From NCBI GenBank assembly GCA_029858565.1, contig JAOUEV010000004.1, positions 32,001 through 96,000 of the forward strand: 64,000 nt of DNA, written 5' to 3'. This document shows positions 37,758 to 47,153 of the stretch, one piece after another (position 1 is the stretch's first letter; each line of letters begins with the position of its first letter). Below the pieces are notes generated by a model that was not told the origin of the DNA, did not search any database, and worked only from the letters and a program-made list of their open reading frames with translations. The position numbers and the translations under genes are program-made. The DNA comes from Nitrospirota bacterium (GTDB taxonomy: Bacteria; Nitrospirota; UBA9217).

Positions 37758-39131
37758 CTATGTTTTCTGCAATCCCTGGTCTTTGCCGAGCCGGAAGTAG
37801 TCATACACGAAGATCAGCGTGCCGACCAGGAAACCGACTCCGAATATGGCGCGGATGATCCAGAACCAGAGGTTGTAGTTCGCCTTGACCGCCACGTAGT
37901 CGAGGCCCATAAGGCGCTCCATGTAGACCTGGACCATGCCCGCGCCGGTGATGGTGAGCACGATGAATACCATGGAAATGGTCATCCACCAGAAGGCCTG
38001 GTAGGCCCGTGAAGTTTTGAATTCCTTCACGCCGCGCATCGACGGCAGGGTCACGTAGATCATGGCCATGATCAGCAGCACATAGGCGCCGTAGAAGGCC
38101 AGGTGGCCGTGGGCCGTGGTGATCTGCGTGCCGTGGGTCCACTGGTTCACCTGCGGCAGCGTGTGGATCACGCCCCAGAGGCCCGCTCCCACGAAATTGA
38201 AGATGGCGTGGGCCACGGTGTAGAAGAGACCGACCTTGTTCGTCACATTGCGCGCCTCTCTGGTGGTCCGGAAAGCGTCCCACACCATGAGGAGCAGCGG
38301 CACCGGTTCGAGGGAACTGAAGAAGCCGCCCACCCACCACCAGTACTTGGGCGTGCCGATGAAGTAGTAATGATGGCCCGTGCCGAGTATGCCGGTGAAG
38401 AGCACCAGGCCGACTTCGATGTACATCCATTTTTCGAGCACTTCACGCTTCGCGCCGATGGTCTTCATCAGCATGAAGGCGAGCAGCGCGCCGGCGATCA
38501 CTTCCCAGGAGCCTTCCACCCAGAGGTGGATCACCCACCACCACCAGAACTGGTCCTTCACCATGTTCTTGGAGTAGAACATGCCGGGAAGATACATGAG
38601 CGCCAGGAACACGAGGCCCGTAAGCAGCACCCCCTGAATGGCCGTCCATTTTTTTGTCTTCAGCATGGTCATGAACATGTTGAAGAGGAAGAGCAGGACC
38701 GAGACCACGATCAGCACGTCGGCCCAGCGGGGCGCTTCAATGTACTCGCGGCCTTCGTTCAGCACCAGGGTGCCGAGAACGGAAATGTTCGCCTGGGGGA
38801 AGATGCCCATCACAATGTAGCCGACCACCACGGCGGTCACGGCCACGACGGTCGCCCAGAACTGGAACAGGGCAATGGGATAGTTCCAGAGCTCGGTCTC
38901 CGATTCCTCGGGCACCACGTAATAGGTGGCTCCCATGAGTCCGGCGAGCAGCCAGACCACCAGGGCGTTGATATGGAGCGTCCGGATGGTTGCGAAGCTC
39001 AGAATGGCTATGTCGGGTTTGAGGAACTGGATCGCGGCGACAAGGCCCACCAGCACCTGCACCGCGAACAGGATGATCGCGAAGGTATAGAAATATTGCG
39101 CTATCTTTTGACTTTGATACTTTATGGTCAT
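37758..39131 (-). CDS. norB: Nitric oxide reductase large subunit (cNOR)
   Basis: RTLHIN, GREYIE, HLWVEG..WE, GTGHHYY, SSLEP, HGHLAFYGAY; heme-copper oxidase superfamily lacking the oxidase Tyr. Confidence 0.95.
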   Translation of the reverse strand: MTIKYQSQKIAQYFYTFAIILFAVQVLVGLVAAIQFLKPDIAILSFATIRTLHINALVVWLLAGLMGATYYVVPEESETELWNYPIALFQFWATVVAVTAVVVGYIVMGIFPQANISVLGTLVLNEGREYIEAPRWADVLIVVSVLLFLFNMFMTMLKTKKWTAIQGVLLTGLVFLALMYLPGMFYSKNMVKDQFWWWWVIHLWVEGSWEVIAGALLAFMLMKTIGAKREVLEKWMYIEVGLVLFTGILGTGHHYYFIGTPKYWWWVGGFFSSLEPVPLLLMVWDAFRTTREARNVTNKVGLFYTVAHAIFNFVGAGLWGVIHTLPQVNQWTHGTQITTAHGHLAFYGAYVLLIMAMIYVTLPSMRGVKEFKTSRAYQAFWWMTISMVFIVLTITGAGMVQVYMERLMGLDYVAVKANYNLWFWIIRAIFGVGFLVGTLIFVYDYFRLGKDQGLQKT

Positions 39132-39143
39132 GGCATCGCCTCC

Positions 39144-39821
39144 TTATTTTAACGAAACGAGATATGCCGCCAGTTCCTTCAGGTCACTGTCTGACAGCGA
39201 GGGATAGGGGGGCATTGCGGAACCGGGCACGAGGGAATTCGGGTCTTTCAGGTGTTTCATATGCCATTCCGCATCCTTGCCGGCTGCGCCGACTTTCGTA
39301 AGGTCGGGGCCCGATGTGCCACCGATGCCGTTGATGCTGTGGCAGTTCGAGCAGCCCTGGGATTGGTAGACCTGCTGGCCCCGTGTCTGCTGCGCTCCGC
39401 CGACGCCGGCTGCCTGGGCCAGGATCGGTTTCGGCGGCCAGCCGTTCGTGTCGATCTTGGAGATCCAGGTCAGGAACGCGATCATGTCATCGGCTTCCTT
39501 GCTGCTCAGCCCGAGCTTCGGCATGGTGGCGTTCTTGTTCGTGGATTTGGGGTCCATCAGGAACTTCTTGAGATAGCCGGCCGGCTTCTTTTCGACCACC
39601 TTGGTCATGTCCGGGGCGAAGTAGGATCCGTTCCCCAGGATGGTATGGCACCCGATGCAGTCGTACTTGTGCCAGACCTGCTTGCCGTCGTCAACTTCTT
39701 TCGTGACCTCCGGGGCCCGTCCATCGATCTGCTTCATCGTATCGAACGTGAGGCCCAGGAAGATCACGAAGAAGAAGAGACTGCCGAAAATAAAGAGATT
39801 CCGTGCTGCTTTGTTGCTCAT
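39144..39821 (-). CDS. norC: Nitric oxide reductase cytochrome c subunit, di-heme variant
   Basis: ARNLFIFGSLFF TM; CIGCHTILGNGSYFAPD; IDTNGWPP; second domain CSNCH...GPDLT...GSAMP; AGGAGG SD. Confidence 0.92.
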   Translation of the reverse strand: MSNKAARNLFIFGSLFFFVIFLGLTFDTMKQIDGRAPEVTKEVDDGKQVWHKYDCIGCHTILGNGSYFAPDMTKVVEKKPAGYLKKFLMDPKSTNKNATMPKLGLSSKEADDMIAFLTWISKIDTNGWPPKPILAQAAGVGGAQQTRGQQVYQSQGCSNCHSINGIGGTSGPDLTKVGAAGKDAEWHMKHLKDPNSLVPGSAMPPYPSLSDSDLKELAAYLVSLK

Positions 39822-39874
39822 AAACGCCTCCTCCTGTGTCGTGAGATTTTCTTCCCTGTTAACAACGTGGTCGC

Positions 39875-39918
39875 ACAATAGGGCAAAGTGTGCTCGTTTT
39901 GTATGATTTATGTCATAC
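39875..39918 (-). promoter_or_regulatory. Crp/Fnr-family (HcpR/DNR-like) operator with class II promoter for norCB
   Basis: Palindrome GTATGA-N6-TCATAC (39901-39918); -10 TATTGT on the minus strand at 39875-39880 puts the operator centre at about -41.5. Confidence 0.7.
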
Positions 39919-40129
39919 CTGTTGAAATTAAACGTGAATGTTCATGGCTGGCATTTAAGATGTAATATAGCAGAAATGTCCGTGCGTTTCCGATCATGAC
40001 CAGGTAATCTTTCCTCGATTACCCGTGCCCGTGAAAAGGACGGCGCCAGCCTTGGTGCTCATTGAGCGTAGTGGTGCTGCGAGTGCCGGGCAGAGGGATC
40101 GCCGGGAACGCGGAAACAAGAGTTTTTCC

Positions 40130-40159
40130 TTGACTCACCGTCTGCCAAAAACGTATTAT
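40130..40159 (+). promoter_or_regulatory. Putative sigma-70 promoter of the ccs/hem operon
   Basis: TTGACT-N18-TATTAT. Confidence 0.4.
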
Positions 40160-40219
40160 TTACGCTCGCACTTCACCAGGCCGCTCGTTCAACCTTGCGT
40201 CCAGCGGAGCTAAGTCCTT

Positions 40220-41032
40220 ATGAACATACTGTTTTTCTACGCCTCCATCGCGGTCTATGTTCTCGCGGCAGCCGGGTATGTTGCTCATTTCCTTAAGCCC
40301 GATCGCAAGGGACTGGCCGGTCTCTCCCTTTTCACGTCTTTTGTCGGGTTCAGTCTCCATTTCATTTATTTCGCTGTGCGCTGGTCCGAATCAGGAAGGA
40401 TCCCGGTCACCAATTTTTTCGAGGCCATCAACGCGCTGGGTCTTGGCATCATGATGGTTTTCGTCATCATGGAGCTGCGCTATAAGGTCCCGGCGCTCGG
40501 ATCGTTCATGCTGCCGCTGGTCATTATACTCATGCTGCCTGCCATGCTCGTGTCGGGACGGATCGAGGACCTGAAGCCCATCCTGAAAAGCGGGTGGCTT
40601 GGCGTCCATACCAGTCTTGCCGTGCTCGGGGACGCAGCGTTCGCTTTTGCCTGCATTGTCTCTATCATGTATCTCATCCAGGAGCGTCAGCTCAAGAGCA
40701 AACATCTTGGCGCGATCTTTCACCGTATGCCGTCTCTGGACATCATGGATACGATCAGCTATAAGGCCCTGACCCTGGGCTGGCCTTTGTACACGCTGGG
40801 GATGATCACCGGCTCCATATGGGCGAACAGCGCCTGGGGGACCTACTGGAGCTGGGACGTGAAGGAGACCTGGTCGCTCATTGTCTGGCTTATCTATCTC
40901 GTACTGCTGCACCTCCGAACCCTGGGGTGGCGGGGACGAAAGATGGCCTATCTTTCCCTTGCGGGCTTCCTGTTCGTCATGATCAGTTTTTTTGTTGTCA
41001 GCCGCATGGGAGTGGGGAAGCACAGCTTTTAA
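40220..41032 (+). CDS. ccsB: Cytochrome c biogenesis protein, CcsA/ResC (HemX-like) family
   Basis: Multi-TM; SGWLGVH, LPSL-like MPSLDIMD, WANSAWGTYWSWDVKET (WWD motif), C-terminal GKHSF. Confidence 0.88.
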   Translation: MNILFFYASIAVYVLAAAGYVAHFLKPDRKGLAGLSLFTSFVGFSLHFIYFAVRWSESGRIPVTNFFEAINALGLGIMMVFVIMELRYKVPALGSFMLPLVIILMLPAMLVSGRIEDLKPILKSGWLGVHTSLAVLGDAAFAFACIVSIMYLIQERQLKSKHLGAIFHRMPSLDIMDTISYKALTLGWPLYTLGMITGSIWANSAWGTYWSWDVKETWSLIVWLIYLVLLHLRTLGWRGRKMAYLSLAGFLFVMISFFVVSRMGVGKHSF

Positions 41033-41041
41033 GGTGAAGGT

Positions 41042-42376
41042 ATGAGCATCGTCGTCGTAGGCTTAAGCCATAAAACAGCGCCGGTCGAGGTCCGGGAGAA
41101 GCTTTCGTTTCCCGAGGCAACGGTCGCAGACGCGCTCAAGAAGCTCATGACCTATGAAGGGATCAGGGAGTGCCTTATTCTGTCGACCTGCAACCGCGTG
41201 GAGATCTATACGGTGGTCGAGGAGAGCGTTAAAGGCACCGAATCGATCAAGCAATTCATATCCGAATACCACAACCTGTCACGCGAAGCTTTGGAAAAGT
41301 CCCTCTACATCTACCCGGAGTCCCAGGGCGTCCGGCATACCTTCCGCGTTGCATCGAGTCTTGATTCCCTGGTGGTGGGCGAACCGCAGATCCTCGGCCA
41401 GCTCAAGGATGCCTTCGACTTCGCGTTGAAGGCGAAAACGACCAGCACGGTCATGAACAAGCTGCTCAAGAAGGCGATCCAGGTGGCCAAGCGCGTTCGC
41501 ACAGAGACCCGGCTCGCAGAGGGCGCGGTGAACATCAGCTTTGCCGCGGTGGAACTGGCGCGGAAGATCTTCGGCACCCTGGACGAGAAGACCGTCATGC
41601 TCCTGGGAGCGGGCGAAATGGCCGAGCTCGCGGCGCGGCACCTGCTGAACAACGGCGTCAAGACCATCATGGTCGCGAACCGCACCTTTGAACGGGCGGT
41701 GGAACTGGCAAACGAGTTCAAGGGCAGCGCCGTGCGCTTCGAGGATTTTCCCGCAGAGCTGGTGATGGCCGATATCCTGATCTGCTCCACCGGCGCCCCC
41801 AACTATGTAGTGAAGCCAGAGATGGTCCATAAGGTCATGAAGGAGCGGCGCCACAAGCCGATATTCATGATCGACATTTCGGTGCCGCGGAACATCGATC
41901 CTGCGACGGACAAGGAAGACAATGTCTACCTCTACAATGTCGATGATCTGCAGGGCGTGGTCGAGACGAACGTGCAGGGACGCCAGCAGGAAGCGGAAAA
42001 GGCCGAGGACATCGTACGGCAGGAAGTGGAGACCTATCTTCAGTGGGAACGCTCCCTGGACGCCGTGCCGACCATCGTGGACCTGCGCGAGAAGATCGAG
42101 GATATGCGCAAGCGCGAGCTCGACAAGACCTTGTGTCAGATGAACGGCATTTCCGAAGACCAGCGCCGGGCCATGGACATCATGTCCCAGGCTATCGTGA
42201 ACAAGATCCTGCACGCGCCGCTGGTGGTGCTCAAACAGGCGGCGGCGAATCCCGAGGGCGGCGATGTGATCAGCATCGCCCGCAAGATATTCAACCTGGA
42301 CCGGGAACTGAAGAAGCCTTCTCATGTGCATGAGAAGGGTTTTGGCAGCGGAACAACAGTTGAAGAGAAAAAATAG
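41042..42376 (+). CDS. hemA: Glutamyl-tRNA reductase
   Basis: GLSHKTAPVEVRE, LSTCNRVEIY, SSLDSLVVGEPQILGQ, GAGEM, DISVPRNID. Confidence 0.97.
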   Translation: MSIVVVGLSHKTAPVEVREKLSFPEATVADALKKLMTYEGIRECLILSTCNRVEIYTVVEESVKGTESIKQFISEYHNLSREALEKSLYIYPESQGVRHTFRVASSLDSLVVGEPQILGQLKDAFDFALKAKTTSTVMNKLLKKAIQVAKRVRTETRLAEGAVNISFAAVELARKIFGTLDEKTVMLLGAGEMAELAARHLLNNGVKTIMVANRTFERAVELANEFKGSAVRFEDFPAELVMADILICSTGAPNYVVKPEMVHKVMKERRHKPIFMIDISVPRNIDPATDKEDNVYLYNVDDLQGVVETNVQGRQQEAEKAEDIVRQEVETYLQWERSLDAVPTIVDLREKIEDMRKRELDKTLCQMNGISEDQRRAMDIMSQAIVNKILHAPLVVLKQAAANPEGGDVISIARKIFNLDRELKKPSHVHEKGFGSGTTVEEKK

Positions 42377-42394
42377 TTTGCCACGGATCTACCA

Positions 42395-42468
42395 ATTGCG
42401 GATTGCGGATTGCGGATTGCGGATTCTAAGGTGGGCTTTCCCCCTTACCCCTTACGCCTTACGCCTCT
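42395..42468. repeat. Heptanucleotide tandem repeats in the hemA-hemC spacer
   Basis: (ATTGCGG)x4 at 42395-42422, then (S-CCTTAC)x3 from 42442. Confidence 0.85.
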
Positions 42469-42492
42469 CGCTGATATCGTAAGGAGCTTTCA

Positions 42493-43455
42493 TTGAGAAA
42501 AGAGATCAGGATAGGAACGCGCGCGAGCGCGCTGGCATTATGGCAGGCGGAATGGGTCAAGTCCGAGCTCGAGAAGAAGTATCCCGGGCTGATGGTCTCG
42601 CTTACCAAGATCAAGACCACGGGAGACAAGATACTCGACGTGCCGCTCTCCAAGGTCGGCGGTAAAGGCCTTTTTGTGAAGGAGATCGAGGAGGCCATGC
42701 TCCGGCAGGAGATCGACATCGCCGTGCACAGCATGAAGGACGTTCCCACATTCTTTCCCGACGGCCTGCACCTTTCGTGCATCACCGAGCGCGAGGACGC
42801 GCGCGATGCGCTTTTGTCGCGCAATAAAGTTGCGTTCAAGGACCTGCCGAAGGGCGCCAGGATCGGGACCAGCAGTCTTCGCCGGCAATCCCAGCTCATG
42901 AACATCCGGCCTGATTTCGTGATCGAACAGCTTCGCGGCAATGTGGACACGAGGCTGCGGAAGCTGAAGGAAGGACAGTACGACGCCATCATCCTTGCGG
43001 CCGCGGGCGTGCGGCGGCTCGGACTCGCGGACAACGTGACCGAGTATATCGATCCCGAGATCAGCCTGCCGGCCATCGGCCAGGGCGCCCTCGGCATCGA
43101 GTGCCGGGTGGACGACCGCGAACTGAACGACATGATCTCGTTCTTCAACCATTCGGACACCCGGGTCTGCGTGACCGGCGAACGGGCACTTCTCCGTCGT
43201 CTGGAAGGCGGCTGCCAGGTGCCGATCGCCTGCTACGGCCGCATCAAGAACAACAACCTCTCGCTCGAAGGACTTGTGGCGAGCGTGGATGGAAAGCGGA
43301 TCATCAAGGAGACCATCGAAGGCGCGCAGGCTGATGCGGAAAAGCTCGGCGTGACTCTGGCCGAGAACCTGCTGAAGCGGGGGGCTGATGTGATCCTGCG
43401 CGAGGTCTACGGACAGAACCCTGATTATAGCGGCGATAAACTGCTGGAAGGATGA
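42493..43455 (+). CDS. hemC: Hydroxymethylbilane synthase (porphobilinogen deaminase)
   Basis: IGTRASALALWQ, TTGD, GKGLFVKEIE, VHSMKDVP, GTSSLRR, RGNVDTR, LEGGCQVPI; TTG start after AAGGAG. Confidence 0.97.
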   Translation: MRKEIRIGTRASALALWQAEWVKSELEKKYPGLMVSLTKIKTTGDKILDVPLSKVGGKGLFVKEIEEAMLRQEIDIAVHSMKDVPTFFPDGLHLSCITEREDARDALLSRNKVAFKDLPKGARIGTSSLRRQSQLMNIRPDFVIEQLRGNVDTRLRKLKEGQYDAIILAAAGVRRLGLADNVTEYIDPEISLPAIGQGALGIECRVDDRELNDMISFFNHSDTRVCVTGERALLRRLEGGCQVPIACYGRIKNNNLSLEGLVASVDGKRIIKETIEGAQADAEKLGVTLAENLLKRGADVILREVYGQNPDYSGDKLLEG

Positions 43456-43461
43456 ATTTGC

Positions 43462-43634
43462 ACCACGGAGGCACGGAGACACGGAGAAAGCATTGAATGC
43501 TGCATGACGCTGAATTTCTCTGAATCGAACGATTGACGGTCGGTTAGACTAAGTTCATCATTCATATTCTGTCATTCATCTGCACTGAATCAATTCCTGT
43601 CTTGTTTTCCTCAGTGTCTCCGTGACTCCGTGGT
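43462..43634. repeat. Inverted-repeat element with triple octamer arms (CACGGAG units)
   Basis: ACCACGGAG-GCACGGAG-ACACGGAG (43462-43486) is the reverse complement, with 2 mismatches, of CTCAGTGT-CTCCGTGA-CTCCGTGGT (43610-43634). Confidence 0.85.
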
Positions 43635-43645
43635 AAAAGAATACT

Positions 43646-45178
43646 ATGACTACGTCCATCGGAAAAGTTTTCCTTATCGGCGCAGGCCCCGGCGATCCGG
43701 GGCTAATAACGGTCAAGGGCCTCGAATGCGTGCAAAAGGCCGACGTGGTGATCTACGACTACCTTGCCAACGAGCGGCTGCTGGAACACCGGCGGAAAGA
43801 TTCCGAGCTGATCTATGTGGGCAAGCAGGGCGGCAGGCACACGCTTCCCCAGGAAGAGATCAACAGCCTGATCGTGAAAAAGGCAAAGGAAGGGAAAATC
43901 GTTGCACGGCTCAAAGGCGGCGATCCCTTCATTTTCGGCAGGGGCGGGGAAGAGGCTGAAGAGTGCGTTGACAACGGGGTTCCCTTTGAGGTCGTCCCCG
44001 GGGTCACCGCAGCCACATCAGTTCCGACCTATGCGGGCATCCCGCTTACCCACCGGGACCATACGGCAAGTGTTGCCTTCGTGACCGGCCACGAGGACCC
44101 GACCAAGCCCGAGTCCAAGCTGCACTGGGACAAACTGGCCACGGGCATCGGGACCCTGGTCTTTTTCATGGGCATGAAGAACCTCCAGAGCATCGTGAAT
44201 AACCTGGTCACGAACGGACGGAGCGCTGCGACGCCGGTTGCTGCGATCCAGTGGGGTACGAGAACTGACCAGCGGGTTGTTCGCGGCACGCTTGCGGATA
44301 TCGTTGAAAAGGTGAAGGTTGAAAAACTTGGCCCGCCGGCCATTGTGATAGTCGGCGAAGTGGTCAACTTGCGCGATAAACTGAACTGGTACGAGAATAA
44401 ACCCTTCTTCGGGAAACGCATCGTGGTAACTCGCTCGCGCGACCAGGCGAGCATCTTCGCCGAGAAGCTCATCGACCTTGGCGCCACGCCGATCGAGTTC
44501 CCGAGCATCGAAGTAGTGCCGCCGTCGAACTGGCACGAGCTTGATAGCGCGCTCGAAAATCTTGCCTCCTATCAATGGATCATTTTCACCAGTGCGAATG
44601 CGGTGCGCTTCTTTTTCCAGCGGCTGCGCGAGCAGGGCATGGATATCCGCAGCCTGAACGGTTTGAAGATCTGTGCCGTAGGCCCGAAGACAGCTGAAGC
44701 TTTGGAAGCGTTCAGTCTCAAGGCAGACCTTATCCCCGAGGAGTTCAAGGCAGAGGGCGTGGTCAAGGCGCTGGGAGAGACGCCGGTCAGCGGTGTCCGA
44801 TTTTTAATACCTCGCGCCAAGGTTGCCCGTGAGATCATCCCGGACAAATTGCGAGAAAAGGGCGCTGATGTAACAGTTGTCACCGCCTATGAGAACGTGC
44901 GGCCCTCCACGGACGTGGACCGCGTACGGAAGCTGTTCCAGGACGGCAAGATCGCCGCGGTCACCTTTACCAGCTCTTCAACGGTCAACAATTTTGTTGA
45001 AATGCTGGGGAAATCAGAGTATAAACCCCTTATGAAGGGTGTAATGGTTGCCTGCATCGGTCCGGTGACCGCGAAAACAGCCGAGGAATACGGCATGAAG
45101 GTGGATGTGATGCCAAAAGACTACACCATACCGGCCCTCGTGGACGCGATGGCGGAGTATTTTAAGGAGAAATTATGA
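43646..45178 (+). CDS. cobA: Bifunctional uroporphyrinogen-III C-methyltransferase / uroporphyrinogen-III synthase (CobA-HemD)
   Basis: LIGAGPGDPGLIT, RLKGGDPFIFGRGGEE, AGIPLTHR; HemD part IVVTR, IIFTSANAV, VGPKTA, FTSSSTV, CIGPVTA. Confidence 0.95.
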   Translation: MTTSIGKVFLIGAGPGDPGLITVKGLECVQKADVVIYDYLANERLLEHRRKDSELIYVGKQGGRHTLPQEEINSLIVKKAKEGKIVARLKGGDPFIFGRGGEEAEECVDNGVPFEVVPGVTAATSVPTYAGIPLTHRDHTASVAFVTGHEDPTKPESKLHWDKLATGIGTLVFFMGMKNLQSIVNNLVTNGRSAATPVAAIQWGTRTDQRVVRGTLADIVEKVKVEKLGPPAIVIVGEVVNLRDKLNWYENKPFFGKRIVVTRSRDQASIFAEKLIDLGATPIEFPSIEVVPPSNWHELDSALENLASYQWIIFTSANAVRFFFQRLREQGMDIRSLNGLKICAVGPKTAEALEAFSLKADLIPEEFKAEGVVKALGETPVSGVRFLIPRAKVAREIIPDKLREKGADVTVVTAYENVRPSTDVDRVRKLFQDGKIAAVTFTSSSTVNNFVEMLGKSEYKPLMKGVMVACIGPVTAKTAEEYGMKVDVMPKDYTIPALVDAMAEYFKEKL

Positions 45179-45573
45179 TTACCATTTCTGATGTGGCAGC
45201 AGGAAAGATCAAAGAGATCATGAAGGCCGAGGGCATGCCGCAGGCAGGTCTGCGGATATTCTCCGGCGGCGGCGGATGCGGATGCAGCGGCCCGCAGTAT
45301 GAGATCGCCATTGACGATAAGGCAGGACAGGGCGACACGGTGGTCGAGAACCAGGGAGCCAAGCTCTACGTGGACTCGGAAACGGCAACTGCGCTGGCAG
45401 AGGCAGAGCTCAGCTTCATCAGCGACGAGCGCGGCGAAGGATTCGTGATCAACTTCCCGAAGGGCGCTCCCCAGGCGGGCGGATGCAACTGCGGTCCGGA
45501 TACGGCCTCGGGCGGAGGGAGCTGCGGCAGCGGCGGCGGTTCCAAAGGCGGCGGCTGCGGGTGCGGATGCTAG
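45175..45573 (+). CDS. HesB/IscA-like (A-type carrier) protein with Cys/Gly-rich tail
   Basis: ITISDVAAGKIKE, LRIF..GGCGCSGPQY, LYVD, GFVINFP; tail GGCNCG...SCGS...GCGCGC. Confidence 0.85.
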   Translation: MITISDVAAGKIKEIMKAEGMPQAGLRIFSGGGGCGCSGPQYEIAIDDKAGQGDTVVENQGAKLYVDSETATALAEAELSFISDERGEGFVINFPKGAPQAGGCNCGPDTASGGGSCGSGGGSKGGGCGCGC

Positions 45574-45641
45574 CTTAAATTTTGAATTGGGAATGCGGAT
45601 TTCGAATCAGACGAATAACAATTAGGAAAGCAAGGATGTTT

Positions 45642-45728
45642 TCGCGCAGAGGCGCAGAGCTCGCAGAGAAAAGCAACGTCGTGATATTCTTTTTGCTTTC
45701 CTTTGCGCATTCGCGGGTTTTGCGAGAG
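45642..45728. repeat. Inverted-repeat element with triple CGCAGAG-type units
   Basis: TCGCGCAGAG-GCGCAGAG-CTCGCAGAG (45642-45668) against a degenerate complement CTTTGCGCA-TTCGCGGG-TTTTGCGAGAG (45701-45728). Confidence 0.7.
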
Positions 45729-45768
45729 ATGCCTTGCTTTTTTATGTAAGTAGTTTTAGGAGATAACC

Positions 45769-46743
45769 ATGTACGAACCTCTCTACCGTCCCCGCAGGCT
45801 CAGGTCCAGCGAAACCGTCAGACGCATGGTGCGCGAAACCACACTGTCGCCGGACAACTTCATCTATCCGCTCTTTGTGACCCACGGCAGGAATGTGAAG
45901 AAAGAGATCAGCTCCATGCCGGGAAACTATCAGCAGTCGGTGGACAACCTGGTCAAGGACTGTGAGGAGACCTTCAGACTCGGCATCCCGGCAGTCATCC
46001 TTTTCGGCATTCCCGAGCATAAGGACGAGGTCGGAAGCGAGGCCTATTCGGATGAAGGGATCGTGCAGCATGCCATCAAGGCTATCAAACACAAGATGCC
46101 GGACCTCGTGGTGATCACGGACGTCTGCTTGTGCGAATATACCAGTCACGGACACTGCGGGATCATCAAACACGGCGTGGTGCAGAACGACGAAACACTC
46201 GATCTTCTGGCGCGTGAGGCGGTCTCTCACGCCAAAGCAGGCGCGGACATGGTGGCGCCGTCGGATATGATGGATGGCCGCGTCGGGGCGATCCGCGAAG
46301 CCCTGGACCAGACGGGTTTTTCGCAGACCCCGATCATGGCATATGCAGCCAAGTATGCATCAGGATTCTATGGGCCTTTCCGCGAGGCAGCCGAGTCGAC
46401 ACCGCAGTTCGGCGACCGAAGGTCCTACCAGATGGACCCGCCGAACAGACGCGAGGCGATACGCGAGGTGACCCTGGACATCGAGGAAGGCGCCGATATC
46501 GTCATGGTCAAGCCCGCGCTCTCCTATCTCGACATCATCCGCGAGGTCAAGGATAATTTCAATCTGCCGGTCGCGGCCTACAACGTGAGCGGAGAATACT
46601 CCATGGTCAAGGCCGGAGCCAAACTCGGCTGGATCGACGGTGATCGCGTGATGATGGAGATCCTCATGTCCATCAGGAGGGCAGGAGCTGACATGATCCT
46701 TACATACCACGCAAAGGAAGCGGCGAGGCTGATTAACGGTTAG
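45769..46743 (+). CDS. hemB: Porphobilinogen synthase (Zn-dependent ALA dehydratase)
   Basis: [60 protein letters not shown]. Confidence 0.97.
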   Translation: MYEPLYRPRRLRSSETVRRMVRETTLSPDNFIYPLFVTHGRNVKKEISSMPGNYQQSVDNLVKDCEETFRLGIPAVILFGIPEHKDEVGSEAYSDEGIVQHAIKAIKHKMPDLVVITDVCLCEYTSHGHCGIIKHGVVQNDETLDLLAREAVSHAKAGADMVAPSDMMDGRVGAIREALDQTGFSQTPIMAYAAKYASGFYGPFREAAESTPQFGDRRSYQMDPPNRREAIREVTLDIEEGADIVMVKPALSYLDIIREVKDNFNLPVAAYNVSGEYSMVKAGAKLGWIDGDRVMMEILMSIRRAGADMILTYHAKEAARLING

Positions 46744-46824
46744 CCTGATGCACCGAAATTAAGATGCTCGGCAGTGCTGATGTGCGCTGATCAAATGGAA
46801 CCAGAAAACGATACAAACGCTGCC

Positions 46825-46859
46825 AATGCCCGGAAGAACTTGCCGGGCATTTCGTTTTT
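46825..46859 (+). terminator. Probable terminator of the hem operon
   Basis: AATGCCCGG...CCGGGCATT followed by TCGTTTTT. Confidence 0.7.
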
Positions 46860-47153
46860 CTGCGCCTGATGCAGAATGCTGCACTATCTGTCGTATGTAA
46901 TACAATAGTGCCTTCTAGGAACTTCTTCCTATTGTTTTCCCCGCAGAATCGGTTATTCTTGTGAGCAAAGATTGTTGACGAATGTAGTCAACGGATATGC
47001 AGCGTATTAACTTCAGGTTGCGATCCGAAGCAGGTGCGGGATTGGTGATGTCTTCGGACTACTCTCGCCCGTAAGCGATAGAGCGGGAGATGAATAGGAC
47101 GTTACACGGCTGGCCTATGCCAACCGAAATCTCAGTGAAAGGAGGAATGCCAT

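Noticed and set aside
42395-43634. Short repeats as a CRISPR array
   Set aside because: Units are 7-9 nt, tandem or inverted, with no unique 30-40 nt spacers and no cas genes
45262-45300. HesB-like selenoprotein
   Set aside because: The motif is encoded with TGC codons (GGCGCSG); there is no in-frame TGA
47016-47135. c-di-GMP-I/GEMM or Moco riboswitch
   Set aside because: Lacks the GEMM core (GYAAA...GACGSAAAGC) and the Moco consensus as I know them; reported instead as an unknown candidate structure
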